Virus record (IMG/VR): IMGVR_UViG_2838948833_000001
Coordinates: 10,725-74,724 of that record
Length of the DNA stretch: 64,000 bases
Source of the DNA: a virus
Lineage: Duplodnaviria > Caudoviricetes
Reading direction: 5' to 3' (one strand)
Shown piece after piece: positions 9,075-20,000 of the stretch (position 1 is its first letter; the number at the start of each line of letters is the position of its first letter). The notes under the pieces were generated by a model, which saw only the letters and a program-made list of their open reading frames with translations, did no database searches and had not been told where the DNA came from. The translations under genes were made by a program, and so were the position numbers.

Positions 9075-10346
9075 ATGCAAAAATTAAAAGTTGGTTCCGA
9101 CTTCTCTGGAGTTGGAGCCTTTGATCAAGCGTTATTAAGACTTGAAGTGGACTATGAAAGTGTATTTGCTTGTGACATGGATAGTAATGCTAGACATTCG
9201 TTTATTTTAAACTATGGTACTGAAAAGGATTTAGAATTGTTAACGCATCCATATGTTATATTTTGTAATAAAATGTATGGTTCATTTTCTAAGCATGGAA
9301 ACTTTAAAAAGCAAACATATTCAGATGTTAAGAAACTCGCTAGAATACAAGACGAAGCTGCTCGCCTATTTTCTTTCTATTATCCATGGAATGTCAAGTA
9401 TAGAAAAGAATCTGCCCCTCTAGATATTTATATGACTTCACCTCCTTGTCAGGCTTTTAGTTTAGCTGGGAAACGCAAAGGAGAGGAAGATAAAAGAGGG
9501 GTATTGTTTTATAATTCGCATGAGTTTATTCAAAAAAACAAACCGAGATACTTCATTTTTGAGAATGTGAAAGGACTACTTAGCGACGATGGAGGAAAAA
9601 CCTTTCAACGTTGGATTGATTTTCTCGGGGGGAAATCTGTAAACGGCAACCCTGTTATTTTTCCTCATGAAGAATCAGTTCCATATCATATTTATTATAA
9701 AGTACTGAATGCCAAAAATTATGGGGTCCCTCAAAATCGCGAGCGGATTTTTATAGTTGGGATTCGTGATGATCAAGACAATAACTTTTCTTTTCCTGTT
9801 GAAATTGAACTTAAAAAAAGATTGAAGGATATTTTAGAAACTGATGTAGATGAGAAGTATTTCTTAAGTGATAAATTAATTGATTTTTTTATAAGTCATA
9901 CAGAGAAACATAAACAAAAAGGTAATGGATTTAGTTTTAAGCCAAAAGACATTGAAAGTATAGGTCAAGCAGTAACGACTAAAGCAGGAACAAGGGTAGA
10001 CGATAATTACATTTATGTAAAATCAGCCAATTCTAAAGGCTATGAAATAGCCGAAGAAGAAGAAGATTCTATAAACTTCGAACACCCAAACAGCGAAACA
10101 AGACGAGGAAGGGTTGGAAAAGGAGTTGCGCAAACACTTACCACAAGCTGTAATCAAGGTATTTACTCCAATCTTATGATAAGAAAATTAACACCTCGTG
10201 AATGCTTTAGGTTGATGGATTTCCCTGATTCATTCAAATGGAATGTTTCAGACTCTCAAGCCTATAAACAAGCTGGTAATAGTATAGTTGTAGCTGTCCT
10301 AGCTGCAATAATTCAAAAACTAAATTTAAATGAAATCAAAGTCTAA
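9075..10346 (+). CDS. DNA (cytosine-5)-methyltransferase
   Basis: Motif I FSGVG, catalytic PPCQ, ENV, QNRER and motif X YKQAGNS. Confidence 0.95.
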   Translation: MQKLKVGSDFSGVGAFDQALLRLEVDYESVFACDMDSNARHSFILNYGTEKDLELLTHPYVIFCNKMYGSFSKHGNFKKQTYSDVKKLARIQDEAARLFSFYYPWNVKYRKESAPLDIYMTSPPCQAFSLAGKRKGEEDKRGVLFYNSHEFIQKNKPRYFIFENVKGLLSDDGGKTFQRWIDFLGGKSVNGNPVIFPHEESVPYHIYYKVLNAKNYGVPQNRERIFIVGIRDDQDNNFSFPVEIELKKRLKDILETDVDEKYFLSDKLIDFFISHTEKHKQKGNGFSFKPKDIESIGQAVTTKAGTRVDDNYIYVKSANSKGYEIAEEEEDSINFEHPNSETRRGRVGKGVAQTLTTSCNQGIYSNLMIRKLTPRECFRLMDFPDSFKWNVSDSQAYKQAGNSIVVAVLAAIIQKLNLNEIKV

Positions 10347-10434
10347 ACACCCATCCTTAGAAACAGCTTTACTAATTGCAATGATAACAGCAATAGTAGT
10401 TTTGAATTACATCTTTTCTTAAAAAAAACATACC

Positions 10435-11073
10435 ATGAAACATACCGAAGACAATTTTCTTCCTCAAGAGTTATTTGAGGAACTGCAAAACTATTGCCTA
10501 AACACAGATTTTCAACGAATCAAACTAGGCGAGAAGGAGTTCGATATTTTAGAAACTCCGAAGGAAATACTTCCCTATTTACAAGAGGAAGGACACGAAC
10601 TAATTGTAACATTTATTAGGCAAGCGACACCCGATTTTGATACCGATTTGCGCATTCATGCAGACAACATCATCCAAGGCGAAAAAACAGCACTCGCCAA
10701 GGTATTATACATCAACCCAAAAGACGGAACTACTGAAAACGGAACAGCATTTTGGAAACACCATATTCACGGAGAAGAACTACCAGAAGATGTTACAAAC
10801 GAAGAGTTTAATCGTTTGATTACAGAAGATGCAAACGATTGGGAGAAATGGAGTATTCAACAAATATTATTTAGTGAGCCAAATCGCTTAGTTACTTACA
10901 AATCAAACTTGTTTCACAGCAAGTTTCCCGCAAAAATTCACAACGGAAAACGCATTGTATTAGTTGCATTTTACAAGAAGTTCGAACACCAATTCAAAGA
11001 ACTATCTATTGAAGAAGTAAACGAGAATCGTTCATCAGCATACGAATATTTAAACTTCGAGAAAGATGAGTAG
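10435..11073 (+). CDS. 2OG-Fe(II) oxygenase-like protein (prolyl-hydroxylase/DUF6445-like)
   Basis: DNFLP, IHAD, VLYIN, GTAFW, PNRLV.Y...FHS, R...V.F. Confidence 0.8.
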   Translation: MKHTEDNFLPQELFEELQNYCLNTDFQRIKLGEKEFDILETPKEILPYLQEEGHELIVTFIRQATPDFDTDLRIHADNIIQGEKTALAKVLYINPKDGTTENGTAFWKHHIHGEELPEDVTNEEFNRLITEDANDWEKWSIQQILFSEPNRLVTYKSNLFHSKFPAKIHNGKRIVLVAFYKKFEHQFKELSIEEVNENRSSAYEYLNFEKDE

Positions 11074-11419
11074 AGAAATATTATTTGAATACGGATTTAA
11101 AAGCGTAAACGGTATAGTTAAAAAACAATACGGTTTACACGATATATCAAACATAAAAGAAAAATGTGATGTATGGAATGAATTACCACTAGTGTATATT
11201 AGGCAATACACTGGAAAAGAAGATAGAAACGGAGTTAAGATTTTCGAAGGTGATATTGATCAAGACGGAGCCATTGTAATGTTTTACAACAATGCTTTTC
11301 AAATGTGTTCAATAAAAGATGGAAAAGTAGTGCAAGCAATTCCTTTTTGGTGCTTTGATGATGATATGTATCCACAAATAGAAATAATCGGAAACATTCA
11401 CGAAAAACAAAGCGTATGA
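11066..11419 (+). CDS. YopX family protein
   Basis: REI.F, QYTG..D.NG..IFEGDI, EIIGNIHE. Confidence 0.85.
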   Translation: MSREILFEYGFKSVNGIVKKQYGLHDISNIKEKCDVWNELPLVYIRQYTGKEDRNGVKIFEGDIDQDGAIVMFYNNAFQMCSIKDGKVVQAIPFWCFDDDMYPQIEIIGNIHEKQSV

Positions 11420-11703
11420 AACTAACAGTAAAAGCAAAGAATGATTTTTTAAAATGGGCTAAAAAAAGATGTAACATTAAACTGCATGAATTAATAAAAA
11501 TGGAAATGTGGTTTAGTATTCAAGACAATGCATTTAAGAACGCACTTATAATCGAATGGTTTGATTCAGTTGGCATTTGGAGCAACATAGTTAATGACAT
11601 GCTTATAATTGATAAGGATTATTTTAAAAAATTTAATTGGCAAACAAATGTTGAACTATTAATTATTACAGCAAATGAAATATATAACGAAAAACAAGAG
11701 TAG
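11416..11703 (+). CDS. Hypothetical protein
   Basis: Coupled ORF. Confidence 0.7.
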   Translation: MKLTVKAKNDFLKWAKKRCNIKLHELIKMEMWFSIQDNAFKNALIIEWFDSVGIWSNIVNDMLIIDKDYFKKFNWQTNVELLIITANEIYNEKQE

Positions 11704-11705
11704 TT

Positions 11706-11972
11706 ATGAGTAAAACGCATTACGGCTGGAGCAATAGTTATGACCCATACGGGGAAGATATTCCCGATAAATATGCTTGTGGGTCAACTGTAGGTTATGA
11801 TTATTCAGCCTCTACAATTAAGGCGGATATATCATGTAAGAAGTGTTTAAAGAAATTTGACGCATTCGTAAAGGAAACTAATGAGCATTTATTAATACAA
11901 GCTCAGCAAATGGGAGAAATGGCAGATTTTTTTATAGAACAAGAAAATAAAAAAAACAGTAAAGATGAGTAA
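11706..11972 (+). CDS. Hypothetical protein (H/C metal-binding motif)
   Basis: KTH...CG...CKKC. Confidence 0.65.
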   Translation: MSKTHYGWSNSYDPYGEDIPDKYACGSTVGYDYSASTIKADISCKKCLKKFDAFVKETNEHLLIQAQQMGEMADFFIEQENKKNSKDE

Positions 11973-12222
11973 AAATAAAGTACAAGACTTTAAAGAGTCT
12001 ATTTCAGAAACAACAGCAAAAGATATAATCCTTGAAGAGTTAGACGAGCAAGGGCACCCAGTAATGGTTGAAGATGTTATTGTTTGGGCATTGGAGTACT
12101 ATGCAGAAAACTTTGACAAAGGGCATCCAACAAGTGGAAAAGCAGTCGCCTACTATATGGTTGAAAGGATTAAAGAAGAAGAACAAAAAACAATTGACCG
12201 CGCAAGATGGTCTATAGAATAA
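11965..12222 (+). CDS. Hypothetical protein
   Basis: Coupled ORF. Confidence 0.65.
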   Translation: MSKNKVQDFKESISETTAKDIILEELDEQGHPVMVEDVIVWALEYYAENFDKGHPTSGKAVAYYMVERIKEEEQKTIDRARWSIE

Positions 12223-12242
12223 TTACAAACCCTATTAAAATC

Positions 12243-12491
12243 ATGGCAATGTTTAATCTCTTTAAAAAAAAGCCCATTACATGTGATCATCCTGAAATAG
12301 AAACTAAAACTAAAGAAGTTATTCAAGTTATTCAAGGACTTATTAATTCAGATCGAGATGTAAACGAAACTCGTTATATCACATATGAAATAACAAAATG
12401 TGTTAAATGTGACAAAACTTTAAATACAAAAATAATTGATAAGAAAGTAAAATTAACTCCTCTTCATCAAATTATATTATTAATAAAATAA
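12243..12491 (+). CDS. Hypothetical protein (C.H...C..C)
   Basis: ATG at 12243 directly follows an AACCCTATTAAAA box. Confidence 0.55.
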   Translation: MAMFNLFKKKPITCDHPEIETKTKEVIQVIQGLINSDRDVNETRYITYEITKCVKCDKTLNTKIIDKKVKLTPLHQIILLIK

Positions 12492-12512
12492 CCCTATTAA
12501 AAATTTACCACA

Positions 12513-13568
12513 ATGATTAATTTATTCAATACGCAGATTGAAACATTATCTGTACACCAAGTAAACAACAAAGCAAGAAACGAGGATGTTTTCTTAACTG
12601 AGAACCCTTATACGTTAACAGACGAAATAGCGCCTTTGCTTAAAGAGTATTTCTTTAAACCGTTCCGAGAGAAAGACGAAGACTATTTCCGATTTGAACA
12701 TGATGTTGATTTAGAATTTCATACTATGTATAATATCGCAACGAGCATTTTCCAAAATCCTAATTCGGCTCATGATAAATCAAAAGAAATAGCTCGACAT
12801 CTTTACGAGCAATCCGGACACCCTCATATCAAAAGTGGAGAGCTTTATGTTACTTACCTAACCAATGTATCGATCGATAACAATGTAGTTGACGCGATCG
12901 GTATCTTTAAAAGTGAAATCAAAACTGATTTTATCCAATTCGACAAGGAAGAATCAAACTTAAAGATGCGACTAGAGCAGGGGGTAAACCTAGGCAAGCT
13001 GGATAAAGGAGTTTTAATATTCAACTACAAAAAAGAAGAAGGCTACAAAATTCTAACAATTGACAGTAACCGATATGATGCGCGTTATTGGATGGGACAC
13101 TTCCTTGAATTAGATATTTTTGAGGATGAAAACTTCCATACCAAAAAGTATTTGAAATTCTGCCAAGACTTCGCGAAAGAAGTGGTCCTTCCTGCTGAAG
13201 ATAAAAAAGAAGAAGTAATGTTTTTGAATCGATCAGTTGATTACTTCGCGAAGAATGATGATTTCGAAGAAACGAATTTCTTAAACGAAGTCCTCGATAA
13301 CCCCGACCTAATCGCCGAGTTCAAAAACTACAAAGTAGACAAAGGGGAGAAGTACAGTATCGAAGATGTGAGCTCCTTTCCAATCTCAAACAAGGCCGTA
13401 ACCGAAGCACGAAAGAAGTTTAAAAACGTAATCAACCTGGATACGAATATCCAAATCAAATTTGATTTCGTGAATCCTGAAAGCGCAGATAAATTTGTAG
13501 AAAAAGGATGGGATGAGGAAAGACAGATGTACTACTATTTAATTTATTTTAATAAAGAAGTTAAATAA
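12513..13568 (+). CDS. Nucleoid-associated protein (NA37/YejK-like, Bacteroidetes type)
   Basis: HP.IKSGELYV.Y, IGIFKSE, KLDKG.LI, YW..FL, INLDTN, KGWDEE.QMYYY..YFNKE. Confidence 0.85.
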   Translation: MINLFNTQIETLSVHQVNNKARNEDVFLTENPYTLTDEIAPLLKEYFFKPFREKDEDYFRFEHDVDLEFHTMYNIATSIFQNPNSAHDKSKEIARHLYEQSGHPHIKSGELYVTYLTNVSIDNNVVDAIGIFKSEIKTDFIQFDKEESNLKMRLEQGVNLGKLDKGVLIFNYKKEEGYKILTIDSNRYDARYWMGHFLELDIFEDENFHTKKYLKFCQDFAKEVVLPAEDKKEEVMFLNRSVDYFAKNDDFEETNFLNEVLDNPDLIAEFKNYKVDKGEKYSIEDVSSFPISNKAVTEARKKFKNVINLDTNIQIKFDFVNPESADKFVEKGWDEERQMYYYLIYFNKEVK

Positions 13569-13569
13569 C

Positions 13570-13758
13570 ATGGAATTTGTAGAACAAAAAGTTGGTGGTT
13601 TTGGTATTATTCAAAAAAACGAAGATGGATCAATAAGTCAAATAGGGCTTACAGAAGAACAATACATAGTATTTGAATTGCTTTTAGCAGGGCTTAGTAA
13701 TGGTAAGTCATTTTATAAACTTCCTAAAGTTTTTGACCTTGTACCAGCTATTAAATAG
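13570..13758 (+). CDS. Hypothetical protein
   Basis: Last ORF before the terminator. Confidence 0.6.
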   Translation: MEFVEQKVGGFGIIQKNEDGSISQIGLTEEQYIVFELLLAGLSNGKSFYKLPKVFDLVPAIK

Positions 13759-13760
13759 AT

Positions 13761-13790
13761 AAAAATCCCTTAATTGGGTTTTTTATTTTG
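13761..13790 (+). terminator. Intrinsic terminator
   Basis: AAAAATCC-CTTAATT-GGGTTTTT hairpin plus T run. Confidence 0.6.
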
Positions 13791-13902
13791 TTTTGAATTG
13801 AAATTACATTAAAACTGTATGAGTTGTTAATTGTTGTTTTTTTATTTTTAGTTAAATTAACATTATGTATATTTAGGATAACTAATCTTTAAATTAAATA
13901 TC

Positions 13903-14697
13903 ATGAGTAAAATTAAAACAACATTTGTCGGTATTGTTTGTCTATTATTTTTTGTAAAATGTTCAGATGATGCGAAAGATATTGAAGGTAAAAATTATCA
14001 AACAAAAAATGATAATAATATAGAGCTTTCTATCGACCAGATTTCTGAAATGGCTAAAATGCACAATAGAATTTTGAAAGATATTCATTTGAATAGGGGA
14101 GATGTTTATTTGTATGATGAAAATGAAAAATTAGAATTAACTAGAGACATGTATCGTAGACATATGTCTGGTTTTGAAAGAGAAATGGAATTAGAGGCTG
14201 TGATTAATTTCTCTAGAAATGTATCTAGGGTAGATAACCCAGCGGATTTGTTAATTTATGATTATGAAAAAAGATATTTAGCAGAAGCCAATGAGGTACT
14301 ACATAGATCTGCAAATTTAAATGAATTAAATCGCTCACTCGATAGAGTAGCAGCAAGTATTATGTCAGATGAAAGAGAAATGTACAAAACACCAATACTT
14401 TTATATATTGAAACATTAAAAGAGTCTTCATATTATTGGGCTTCTGTAGAAGAGGGAGGAGAAGGATTCGGATTTTCTTTATTAGAATCTAGAACTACTA
14501 ACTCAGCTGTAAAAACGAAAAGAAATTGGAGAAATACAGCAATAGCAGATGCACAAGGAATGACAACAGGGATGTTAGGTCTTGCTGCTTATGGTGCTTG
14601 GGGGGTAATGTTCGGTCCAGCAACATTTGCCTTAGGTGCGGGAGCATTAGTATGGGTTGCTGTTGAATCGGCTATGGCCTCAGCACTATTTGGATAA
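13903..14697 (+). CDS. Exported (lipo)protein with a C-terminal Gly/Ala-rich hydrophobic bacteriocin-like segment
   Basis: Signal ending FFVK-C-SDD; C-terminal ADAQG...GAWG..FGP...GAGA..W. Confidence 0.6.
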   Translation: MSKIKTTFVGIVCLLFFVKCSDDAKDIEGKNYQTKNDNNIELSIDQISEMAKMHNRILKDIHLNRGDVYLYDENEKLELTRDMYRRHMSGFEREMELEAVINFSRNVSRVDNPADLLIYDYEKRYLAEANEVLHRSANLNELNRSLDRVAASIMSDEREMYKTPILLYIETLKESSYYWASVEEGGEGFGFSLLESRTTNSAVKTKRNWRNTAIADAQGMTTGMLGLAAYGAWGVMFGPATFALGAGALVWVAVESAMASALFG

Positions 14698-14894
14698 TGA
14701 AAAAATGGTTGTACTTAATAATTGTTGTTACTTTTATTATATTAGTTAATCATTTTCTGTATTGCAAAATTTACGATTTATACATGTTTGATTTTTCTAG
14801 AGTAGAAGTACTTAAATCAATTATTTTCTCAATTATATTTTCAGTAACCTTAGGGATTTTTATTTTCAAAAAATATTTGTTTAAAAAGAATTAA
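14697..14894 (+). CDS. Small two-TM membrane protein (candidate immunity protein)
   Basis: TAATG translational coupling; two hydrophobic helices. Confidence 0.55.
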   Translation: MKKWLYLIIVVTFIILVNHFLYCKIYDLYMFDFSRVEVLKSIIFSIIFSVTLGIFIFKKYLFKKN

Positions 14895-14915
14895 AAAAGA
14901 AAATACCCCTTGTTT

Positions 14916-14956
14916 AAGACAGCATCAATTGTAATGATTGGTGCTGTTTTTTTTTT
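14916..14956 (+). terminator. Intrinsic terminator
   Basis: ACAGCATCAATT...GATTGGTGCTGT hairpin plus long T run. Confidence 0.8.
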
Positions 14957-15184
14957 ACTAGGACACATCGAGAATAATTGATGTTTATTATTTCAGTACT
15001 ATAAAGCATAGTAGTATTGACTCCAGCGTATTTTTGGTATAATGTGATAAATTGAATATGTAAGTATATTAAAAATGGTCAACTTAATTATTAAATAAAA
15101 ACCTCGCTAAGTATTTAAGCTAGGTTTTTTATTTTTACATTTAGATATTTTCATCTCGAATCTTGATTATTAATAGAGTTTAGC

Positions 15185-15566
15185 CTAAACTACTTTATTG
15201 TTATAATCAAATTTTAATATTCTTTCAGGAGATAACTTAACAAATTTAGAGATAAAATAATTTGCAAATATCTTTTCACATTCTGTTAAAGTATGCGCTT
15301 TATCACTTAAATCTGTAATACCCTTTTTCTCATCAAAAATATTATTTTCTTCACAATTTAAATAAGGAATATATTTATTCTTATGTAAAAGAGGAGCTGA
15401 GTTGAATGAAATAATCCCATAATCAAATAAGAAACTATCAAAAAAAGCATTATATGTTTTACTATTACTTTCTCTAAATCTAGAATTAAGTAATTTTATT
15501 ATTTCTGTATTATCTGATGATAGATACTTTTTCATTTCGCGATTAAAAATTACTGTTGTACTCATA
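15185..15566 (-). CDS. Hypothetical low-GC moron protein
   Basis: ORF 15185..15598; the ATG of MSTTVIF is the likely start. Confidence 0.55.
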
Positions 15567-15747
15567 TTAAATTCTTTTTTTGTATAATTACAAACCAATA
15601 TAGTTAATTAATCATATTAAAATACATTTTCACTCAATAAAATACTTCATTTTACCTTTTGTAGTTAAACGATTTTTAGCTATTTTTATTCTAGTCATAT
15701 TGACTAGCATATTTCGCCTGCTATCAGGCATAAGCCCTAAAAGCTTA

Positions 15748-15990
15748 ATGGGAACCTCAAAAAACGATTCTACAACTCCAAGTTATGAATCACTATTAAA
15801 ATCATTTAACCTTATTAAAGAGTTTAAATCAACAGATGAATTAGTTAACATCGAAAAATCGATGTCTACTTTATTCATGCAGTTTATTAGAACTCAATAT
15901 TTCGCAGATCTAAAATCAGAGCATCGAGATGATATCGTTTATCATTGTGAAGCTATGCAAAGGTTTCTAAAAGGAATTGCAGAAGTTTAA
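15748..15990 (+). CDS. Hypothetical protein
   Basis: ORF 15700..15990; ATG at 15748 likely; terminator follows. Confidence 0.55.
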   Translation: MGTSKNDSTTPSYESLLKSFNLIKEFKSTDELVNIEKSMSTLFMQFIRTQYFADLKSEHRDDIVYHCEAMQRFLKGIAEV

Positions 15991-16051
15991 AAGAACAGCT
16001 CTTTAACCTCAGCGTAATTGGAATGCTGTTTGAAGATACTGTTCTAATAGT

Positions 16052-16076
16052 AAAAAGCCCCAATTAAGGGGCTTTA
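16052..16076. terminator. Bidirectional terminator hairpin
   Basis: AAAGCCCC-AATTAA-GGGGCTTT between convergent genes. Confidence 0.7.
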
Positions 16077-16208
16077 TTAGATAGTGTCATAAGTACTTTT
16101 AGTAGACTTATCATCACTTATAGATAAAGTTAAATCTGAAATGTATCTCAACCCAAAACTAGAATTCTTAAATTAGTAAATAAGGTTAACTCTATTTAGA
16201 TACAAATG

Positions 16209-16457
16209 TTAATTAGACGGTCTTATGACATAATGTAAAGTACTCTTCTTAAAAAAGATAAATTTATTTATTTTAATTTCCTCTCTTTTAATTATAAAAT
16301 TTTCTTTTACTAAACGATAGTGCAATCTTTTTGGGATACTTTTCATTATAACATAATTCTGTCCTTGTTTTTTTCGTTGTTCTAAAAGAAATAAAAAATT
16401 TTCAAAATCATCAGTTTCCCCTGATAATTTTAATTGATTAAAAGCTGATTCTAACAT
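16209..16457 (-). CDS. Hypothetical basic protein
   Basis: ORF from the ATG of MLESAFNQ; very low GC. Confidence 0.45.
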   Translation of the reverse strand: MLESAFNQLKLSGETDDFENFLFLLEQRKKQGQNYVIMKSIPKRLHYRLVKENFIIKREEIKINKFIFFKKSTLHYVIRPSN

Positions 16458-16561
16458 TTTATTTTGATTTATTAAGGGGGTCAAAAAAAAAAACAAAATA
16501 AATATTTTTTTTCACAAATACAATATAAGAAATACCATAAGTAATATCCATATTTAATCGG

Positions 16562-16981
16562 TTAATTTATTTTTACTTGGCTTAATGAAATTATTTTAGT
16601 CCCAATTTTGGAAAGAATAATACATTTAATATCTCTATCTACAGAAGGCCCTGCAGTAGGTGGGTCAGTATTATAAGGTGTATAAGTTGAAAAGATAATT
16701 GGGAAAAGCATAAATTGCACTTCACCAGATATTATTTGATTATCATAGTTCTTGAATTGTACTATTTTTTTTTCATTTCCAACATAATGCTTTTTATATA
16801 CATTGAAAACTTGATTTTTTCCAAAAACATCCATACTTACAAGTTCAAAATAAAGATTATCTATATTATTATACATAGGGTAGTCTTCTAAAAACTTTTT
16901 AAGATAGTTATTGTAATTATTGTTTTGAGAAAAAGAATTTAGAGAAAATAAAATGGTCAGTAGTAGTAAAATTTTCTTCAT
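16562..16981 (-). CDS. Secreted protein (moron)
   Basis: Bacteroidetes-type signal peptide MKKILLLLTILFSLNSFS-Q. Confidence 0.7.
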   Translation of the reverse strand: MKKILLLLTILFSLNSFSQNNNYNNYLKKFLEDYPMYNNIDNLYFELVSMDVFGKNQVFNVYKKHYVGNEKKIVQFKNYDNQIISGEVQFMLFPIIFSTYTPYNTDPPTAGPSVDRDIKCIILSKIGTKIISLSQVKIN

Positions 16982-17076
16982 AATATTTAGTTTAAATTGA
17001 TAATCGCTGATACTTATTTTAAATATTTAAATAGGTTTGTTATAAAATAATATTTAATAGTACAATATAGTAAATT

Positions 17077-20000
17077 TTATTTCACCAACTTCTCATATTC
17101 AAACCATACTTCACTATTAACTGCACTGTTTCTTCTAAGCAAAATCATTATTTCTTTTTCCTTTTCTTGAAGTTTAGACGGATCCTTTAAAGCATCCCCA
17201 AATTTATCTACAAGTAGAACAGCTTTCTCTTTTGCTGAACGCGCATATTTTACCTCAAACACAAAGGCAGGTGTCTTTTGGTTTTTTAATTGATCACTAA
17301 TTCGTTTAGCTACTCTTCTAGCTTCAAATGGCTCGTTTTCCGCTAACTTGTCAAGCTCTTTATCTATTTCCTTTTGTGTAATTTTTCCTTCTTTTAAATC
17401 AGATACAAGAGTGTTGAAGTTTAATTTTGTTTTCAATCGGTTGATTTCAATTTCTTCAACTGCTTCTTTTATTTTCTCTTTATTTCCGATTCGTCTATTG
17501 TACTCAGAAGTTTCTTTTACTACGCGATTAACAGACGATTTTGCCATATCCTTAGCAAATTTCTGCATTACTTGTTCAGTGTCTTTATCTGAAAACATCG
17601 CGTCCATTCCGCCATAAATCATACCGACATACGGTGAAGTTGAAGGAGTAGTAATAATACTCTCGACAGCTGCTTTCATTCGTGCAGGTGACCAACCAGA
17701 AGTCTCTCCGATTTTTTTGTAAAAATCCTCTACTGATTTACTTCCATATCCCTCTGCCGAAACGGGAACTTTTCCTCTATCAGGTGAAATATCTTGTTCG
17801 CGAAAGAAGTCATATCCCGTACTCATTGACAAGGCTGCTTTAGCTAAAGGATTTCTAGCCAAGTTATCAGTAATAGCAAATTCAACTGGAGAAATATTGT
17901 TTTGTAGAATCCAGTTTAAATCCTCAATCATATTTCCACTTTCTTTATCTCCAACACTTTCTCTCATTAATTTTTGAAGAGTACCTTCGACCATAGTAAA
18001 GAAAGGAGTTAATTGCTGTGCCTTTGCAATTCGGTAGTATTGAAACTCTCCGTTTGCTGAACGATTCCCGTTGAAAATAATAAAATAGTTAGAGCGATCG
18101 TATTTACTCACTCCCTTTAAAGCTTTATTGTAAAGTTCTACTGATGACAATTCTTTTTCATCATCTCCGCGCTCACTTCCACCTAAAAACATAAGGCTTA
18201 ACCCAATTGGAATAGGAGCAACAATAGCAGCTGCTTGAGTAACTCGCAATGTTGTTTCAATTGGTCTATCTCGGAAGTTGTCAAACATTACTCGAGTACC
18301 TTGAGAAGCCGCGTTCAAATATGGAATAAACGCATCCATGTCTTTTGTTAGAGTTCCGCCTTGGTTAAAGTCCATGGTGTTACGGGCAGAAGAAGCTGCA
18401 GTGTGGTAAATATCGTCAAGAGTACGTTTATCTTGAACTTCGGATATGTCTTTTAGACCAAGCTCTTTTAATTGATTCGCAATTGATCTTCTGAAAACCC
18501 CCATTCTAAAACCAATTTCGGAATACATCTGTAATTTTTGAAGTGTAACAGCATCAAAGAATTTACCCCAACGTTCTCTTGTTTTATTATCCACCTTTGG
18601 TAACCTCGCATTTAAGGTATTAGTACCTTTAAATTTCCCTTGGTCCATAAGGAAGTCGGTCATTCCTCCATACTTGACAAAGTTCTTGTAAGTATCATTC
18701 TCTTTTTTAATATCACGAATTCCTAAAGTTGCATCTTTGGCTAGTTTGGCCATATTCAATAAAACGTTCTTTCCATATTCTTCTGAGAAAGTAGAAATAA
18801 ATAAGAAGTCACGTGGAGTATTGGTAATAAAGAAAGTCGGGTTGTTTCCCGTCGCAATCGATTTTACTAAACCAGTTCCGCTTGCCATTGCAAATTTTTC
18901 TTTTACATCTGGATTTGAAAATATGCGTTTTAAGGCATCAAAATATTGGTCGTGAAACTCTTGTTCCATAAACATATTTTGCTTCACTCCATTAACCCAA
19001 TAGTACGCATTTGCATATCCGTTAGGTGTAGTTTGTTTGTATTTTGGATTACCACTTTCTGTAAAACCGATAATAGGATTCTCTTTAACTCGCTTTTGAA
19101 GTAGTTCAAAATATTTGATGATATCCTTTTCCTTTTTGGTAGGTTTATCTTTCTTTTTGAGTTCTTCTACTTTGACTGCTTGTTCTTTCATGAAGTCAGC
19201 AAGCCTGCGGTTAGTATTGTTCATCGCGATAATTTTTGCTCTAACCCCTAGGGCACGAGAAAGCAAATATTGAGAATCAGTAACAAGAGCCGTATCTAAT
19301 CCTTTCTCTAGTTTTTGAATTTGCTCTTTACCTAATCCCCCTGTTGTTCCATTATCCAAATGAGCTGTTTCGGTTTCTGCGTTTTGCATAAACTCTAAAA
19401 ACTGTCTAGGTTGGTAATCGATATCAAAGAAACTATCTCGACTTGCTTTGGAAATAATTCCGCTTTCATACATATCATTTAGCAGCCCTTTGAAAGTATC
19501 AAAATAAGCATCAGTACGTTTAGTCAAATCATTATAAGCTTTCTCTCCTAATTCTTGTTTTAATGATTCAAGGTAAGATTTAGCTACATTTTCATTTATG
19601 TAATCCGGATGAACCACTGCAGCTAAATTATTTCTACGTCGGTTTTCGTCAATAGCTATGAATCGGCGTAGTTGAATTACCTTGTCAAGTAATTTAATTT
19701 GATTAGAAGAAAGCCCTTTGTAAATCTTATCATAAGCCTTTTCATACAAATACTTCGCGTAACCAGAAGCCCCTTTTGCTGTTACAATATAATCCCGAAC
19801 AACACGGCCACCCGCTTTGTTTAAAATGAATTTTGGCAAGAACTGTCTATCAAAGAATTTAGTAACAAAATTTCTAAATAATTTATTGATATCAAACTTA
19901 GGATTAGTAAGTTCTTCCATCTTCTTTTCTGCCTTATTGAATGAATCATCTACTTGTTTTTTAGCCTTAATAGGATCTACTTCTTTTTGTCTTTCAAAAT

